Assembly: GCA_910588095.1 (NCBI GenBank)
Contig: CAJUQH010000009.1
Location: 2,606 to 66,605, forward strand
Direction: 5' to 3'
DNA from: an uncultured Eggerthellaceae bacterium
GTDB taxonomy: Bacteria > Actinomycetota > Coriobacteriia > Coriobacteriales > Eggerthellaceae
DNA length: 64,000 bases
The notes below the pieces were generated by a model. The model searched no databases. It was given only the letters and a program-made list of their open reading frames with translations, and was not told where the DNA came from. A program made the position numbers and the translations under genes. Each line of letters opens with the position of its first letter. Position 1 is the first letter of the stretch. Shown in pieces: positions 62,354 to 64,000 of this stretch.

Positions 62354-64000
62354 CTATTCCTCAAAATCTAGCCATTTGTTGGGAATTAGCTTTTCTCCAT
62401 CAGTTTCCCAATGCTCTACTTCATAAATCGACCGAAACTCTCCCCAGATATCTTTGCCTGCGTGCTCAGTGACAATGATTTGGAAATCGAAATCATCTTC
62501 TTTTAGGAATTTATCAAACGAAGCAAAGATTTTTTTAACCGCTGCACGATCCCTGTCTGCTTCTATGTTTTCTGAATCCGCATGTCCAATATTTTCATTT
62601 ATCTCATGTGCGTGTGGAAAATATACTTGGCTCGGCTGATCATAAAAAATGAAGCTCGGAATACTAAGAGGCGAGTTTGCTTGAAGGTATTTTTGCAATG
62701 CTAAAGAGAAGGCTATATGATAAGAAAGCCAGTTTGAGGCGCTTCCAATTTCACTGAGCAGCCTAATTGATCCTTCGTTATCGATAATCTCAAGAGAAAG
62801 ATTTTTGTAATCAAAGACTGTCTTCCAGTCATCATGCTCAACATCCAGACTTTTTAGTCCAAATTTTGTATATGCTGCAATATCTTCAATTGCTTGATGA
62901 AGTTTTTGAGCCGTGTTTGCAGCGCTGAGGAGAGTTTCGAGCTCGTTCTGCCTCTTTAGCAAAGCTTCAATCTTTGATTCCGCTTCAGTATCCCGGAAAA
63001 TGGCTTTAAATTGCTTTAGAGAAGCCCGTAATTCTCCGATGAATCGCTCGATTTCCGATAACGTAAATCGTGTGCTGCTTTGCTCTTCTTCCAACGCTCT
63101 AAGTTCACTTGAAACGGCGTTTAATTCATCGCTGGCTGTTTGAATCTTGCTTAAGAGTGTTTTTCTTTCCTTGTCGAATCCAAGTTTAATTTGAGATGCA
63201 GAAGCTTCACTATTGATTTCGAGGGATAAGGCTTGAAGACTCTCTAGCTCCTTATGGCCCTCACGTAATTGCTGACCGCATATTGGGCACGCCTCTTCTT
63301 CGGATACTCTGTGAAGCAACCATTCTGTTATGCCGATGTAATCTGTTAACGAATCTAGCGTTTCTTCCATTTGATCATAAGACAGCAGTGCTTTATCTAT
63401 TTTCTCTAATCGTCGAATGAGGTCTGCCTTCTCCATCGAGAGATCTGCTTCGATTGAGCTCAACTGAGCGATCTTTTCTGAAGCGGCCCCAGCTTCACTT
63501 ACGGTTTCTAAAATATCGGAATGATTTAATTGGCTGATGCGCTCGATTTCTTTAAGCAAATCATCAAAGTCCTCTGTAAGGTCAGGGTCGAATGTACTAA
63601 CTCCCAATTCGCAAGCTCGTGTAATTTTTCCTTTTGCTGACATCTTCCAGCTTGCCGAAACGTTTTTAAGAGCCTTCACTTCGTTCTGAAGTCTCGCAAG
63701 TCGTTTTTTAACCTCTTCTAGTTCCAACTCATTAACTAAGTCTCGCGAGGTTATGGCTCCGGCAAGATAAGGGAATATGCTCGCAAGTTTTTGTTTATGC
63801 TCCAGTTTATCCAGCTTATAGAACAAAGCTTCAGGGTTTGCGATGATATTTTGCGGTTGATATAAAAAGGCGGCTATATCACGAAATGACGGCCTTTCGG
63901 TTTTCCAGGCCCCTTGGTCAGCTATTGGAAGGTCCGTGAAGCCGAATTGCTGATTAAGAAGGTCTTTTATATTTTCGGAAGTAGTATTTTCAGTAATGAA
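62354..64000 (-). CDS. Rad50/SMC-like ABC ATPase of the DUF3732 type; 5' end (Walker A) lies beyond the window edge
   Basis: The frame is open from nt 64000 (the track ORF starts at TTG 63826). 'FLYQPQNII' (Q-loop-like), long coiled coil with 'CPICG' at 63275..63289, 'SEIGSASNWLSYH' (signature-like), 'FIFYDQPSQVYFP' (Walker B / DQP motif), 'IIVTEHA' (H-loop). Confidence 0.75.
   Translation of the reverse strand, partial: FITENTTSENIKDLLNQQFGFTDLPIADQGAWKTERPSFRDIAAFLYQPQNIIANPEALFYKLDKLEHKQKLASIFPYLAGAITSRDLVNELELEEVKKRLARLQNEVKALKNVSASWKMSAKGKITRACELGVSTFDPDLTEDFDDLLKEIERISQLNHSDILETVSEAGAASEKIAQLSSIEADLSMEKADLIRRLEKIDKALLSYDQMEETLDSLTDYIGITEWLLHRVSEEEACPICGQQLREGHKELESLQALSLEINSEASASQIKLGFDKERKTLLSKIQTASDELNAVSSELRALEEEQSSTRFTLSEIERFIGELRASLKQFKAIFRDTEAESKIEALLKRQNELETLLSAANTAQKLHQAIEDIAAYTKFGLKSLDVEHDDWKTVFDYKNLSLEIIDNEGSIRLLSEIGSASNWLSYHIAFSLALQKYLQANSPLSIPSFIFYDQPSQVYFPHAHEINENIGHADSENIEADRDRAAVKKIFASFDKFLKEDDFDFQIIVTEHAGKDIWGEFRSIYEVEHWETDGEKLIPNKWLDFEE

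Noticed and set aside
1-64000. CRISPR arrays, rRNA or tRNA genes, reverse transcriptases (DGR or retron), transposases or IS elements, toxin-antitoxin pairs, and LPXTG sortase signals on the surface proteins.
   Set aside because: None found by eye. There are no regularly spaced 25-40-bp repeats with unique spacers and no RT (YxDD) or DDE motifs in the ORF track. The surface-protein C-termini end ...AYTVAL(A/VS), with no LPXTG or hydrophobic-charged tail. This was a manual scan, so absence is not proven.

Overview
64-kb window from a high-GC chromosome. Sampled 60-nt lines in core genes are about 70% G+C by my own count. Gene content and order resemble an anaerobic Gram-positive Actinomycetota/Coriobacteriia-like organism; that assignment is inference only. 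Core backbone, almost all on the + strand: rubredoxin (on the - strand) and a XerC/D-type recombinase. Then a complete dcw cluster (mraZ-rsmH-ftsL-ftsI-murE-murF-mraY-murD-ftsW-murG-murC-murB-ftsQ) followed by galU. Then rarA, a DUF948-like protein, an AI-2E permease and alaS-ruvX-mltG. Then a translationally coupled yqeG-aroE-aroC-aroK-aroB-aroQ-pepP block. Then an orphan Tat-lipoprotein solute-binding protein (on the - strand) and a four-subunit 2-oxoacid:ferredoxin oxidoreductase (porCDAB order). Then rplM-rpsI, pyrH-frr-uppS-cdsA-dxr, a glutaredoxin-like protein, mscL and a DUF2510 membrane protein (on the - strand). I found no rRNA, tRNA or CRISPR array. Accessory content is inserted into this backbone. 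(1) A mosaic family of large secreted BspA-type LRR / Flg_new-repeat surface proteins: four copies plus one 19-codon tail remnant. All share conserved ends and carry swapped, lower-GC central cassettes. In two copies the signal peptide is separated from the mature region by a G8 homopolymer that puts them out of frame. This looks like a slipped-strand phase switch, currently OFF; homopolymer sequencing error is the alternative. A C10 tract abuts the -35 of one of them. The third full-length copy lacks the tract but has a 25-nt-arm inverted repeat (candidate inverton or MITE) upstream. (2) Two DUF4143-type AAA+ ATPase cassettes, each preceded by a helically phased array of repeats (33-bp and 32-bp spacing). 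Each is flanked by direct repeats and sits immediately upstream of a surface-protein gene or gene remnant. (3) A low-GC island (40-45% in sampled lines) from about 61.1 kb to the window edge. It encodes a Rad50/SMC-like DUF3732-type ABC ATPase (5' end outside the window) translationally coupled to an uncharacterised membrane-anchored protein with a DnaQ/DEDD-like motif pattern. This is a candidate ABC-3C-like conflict/defence module.
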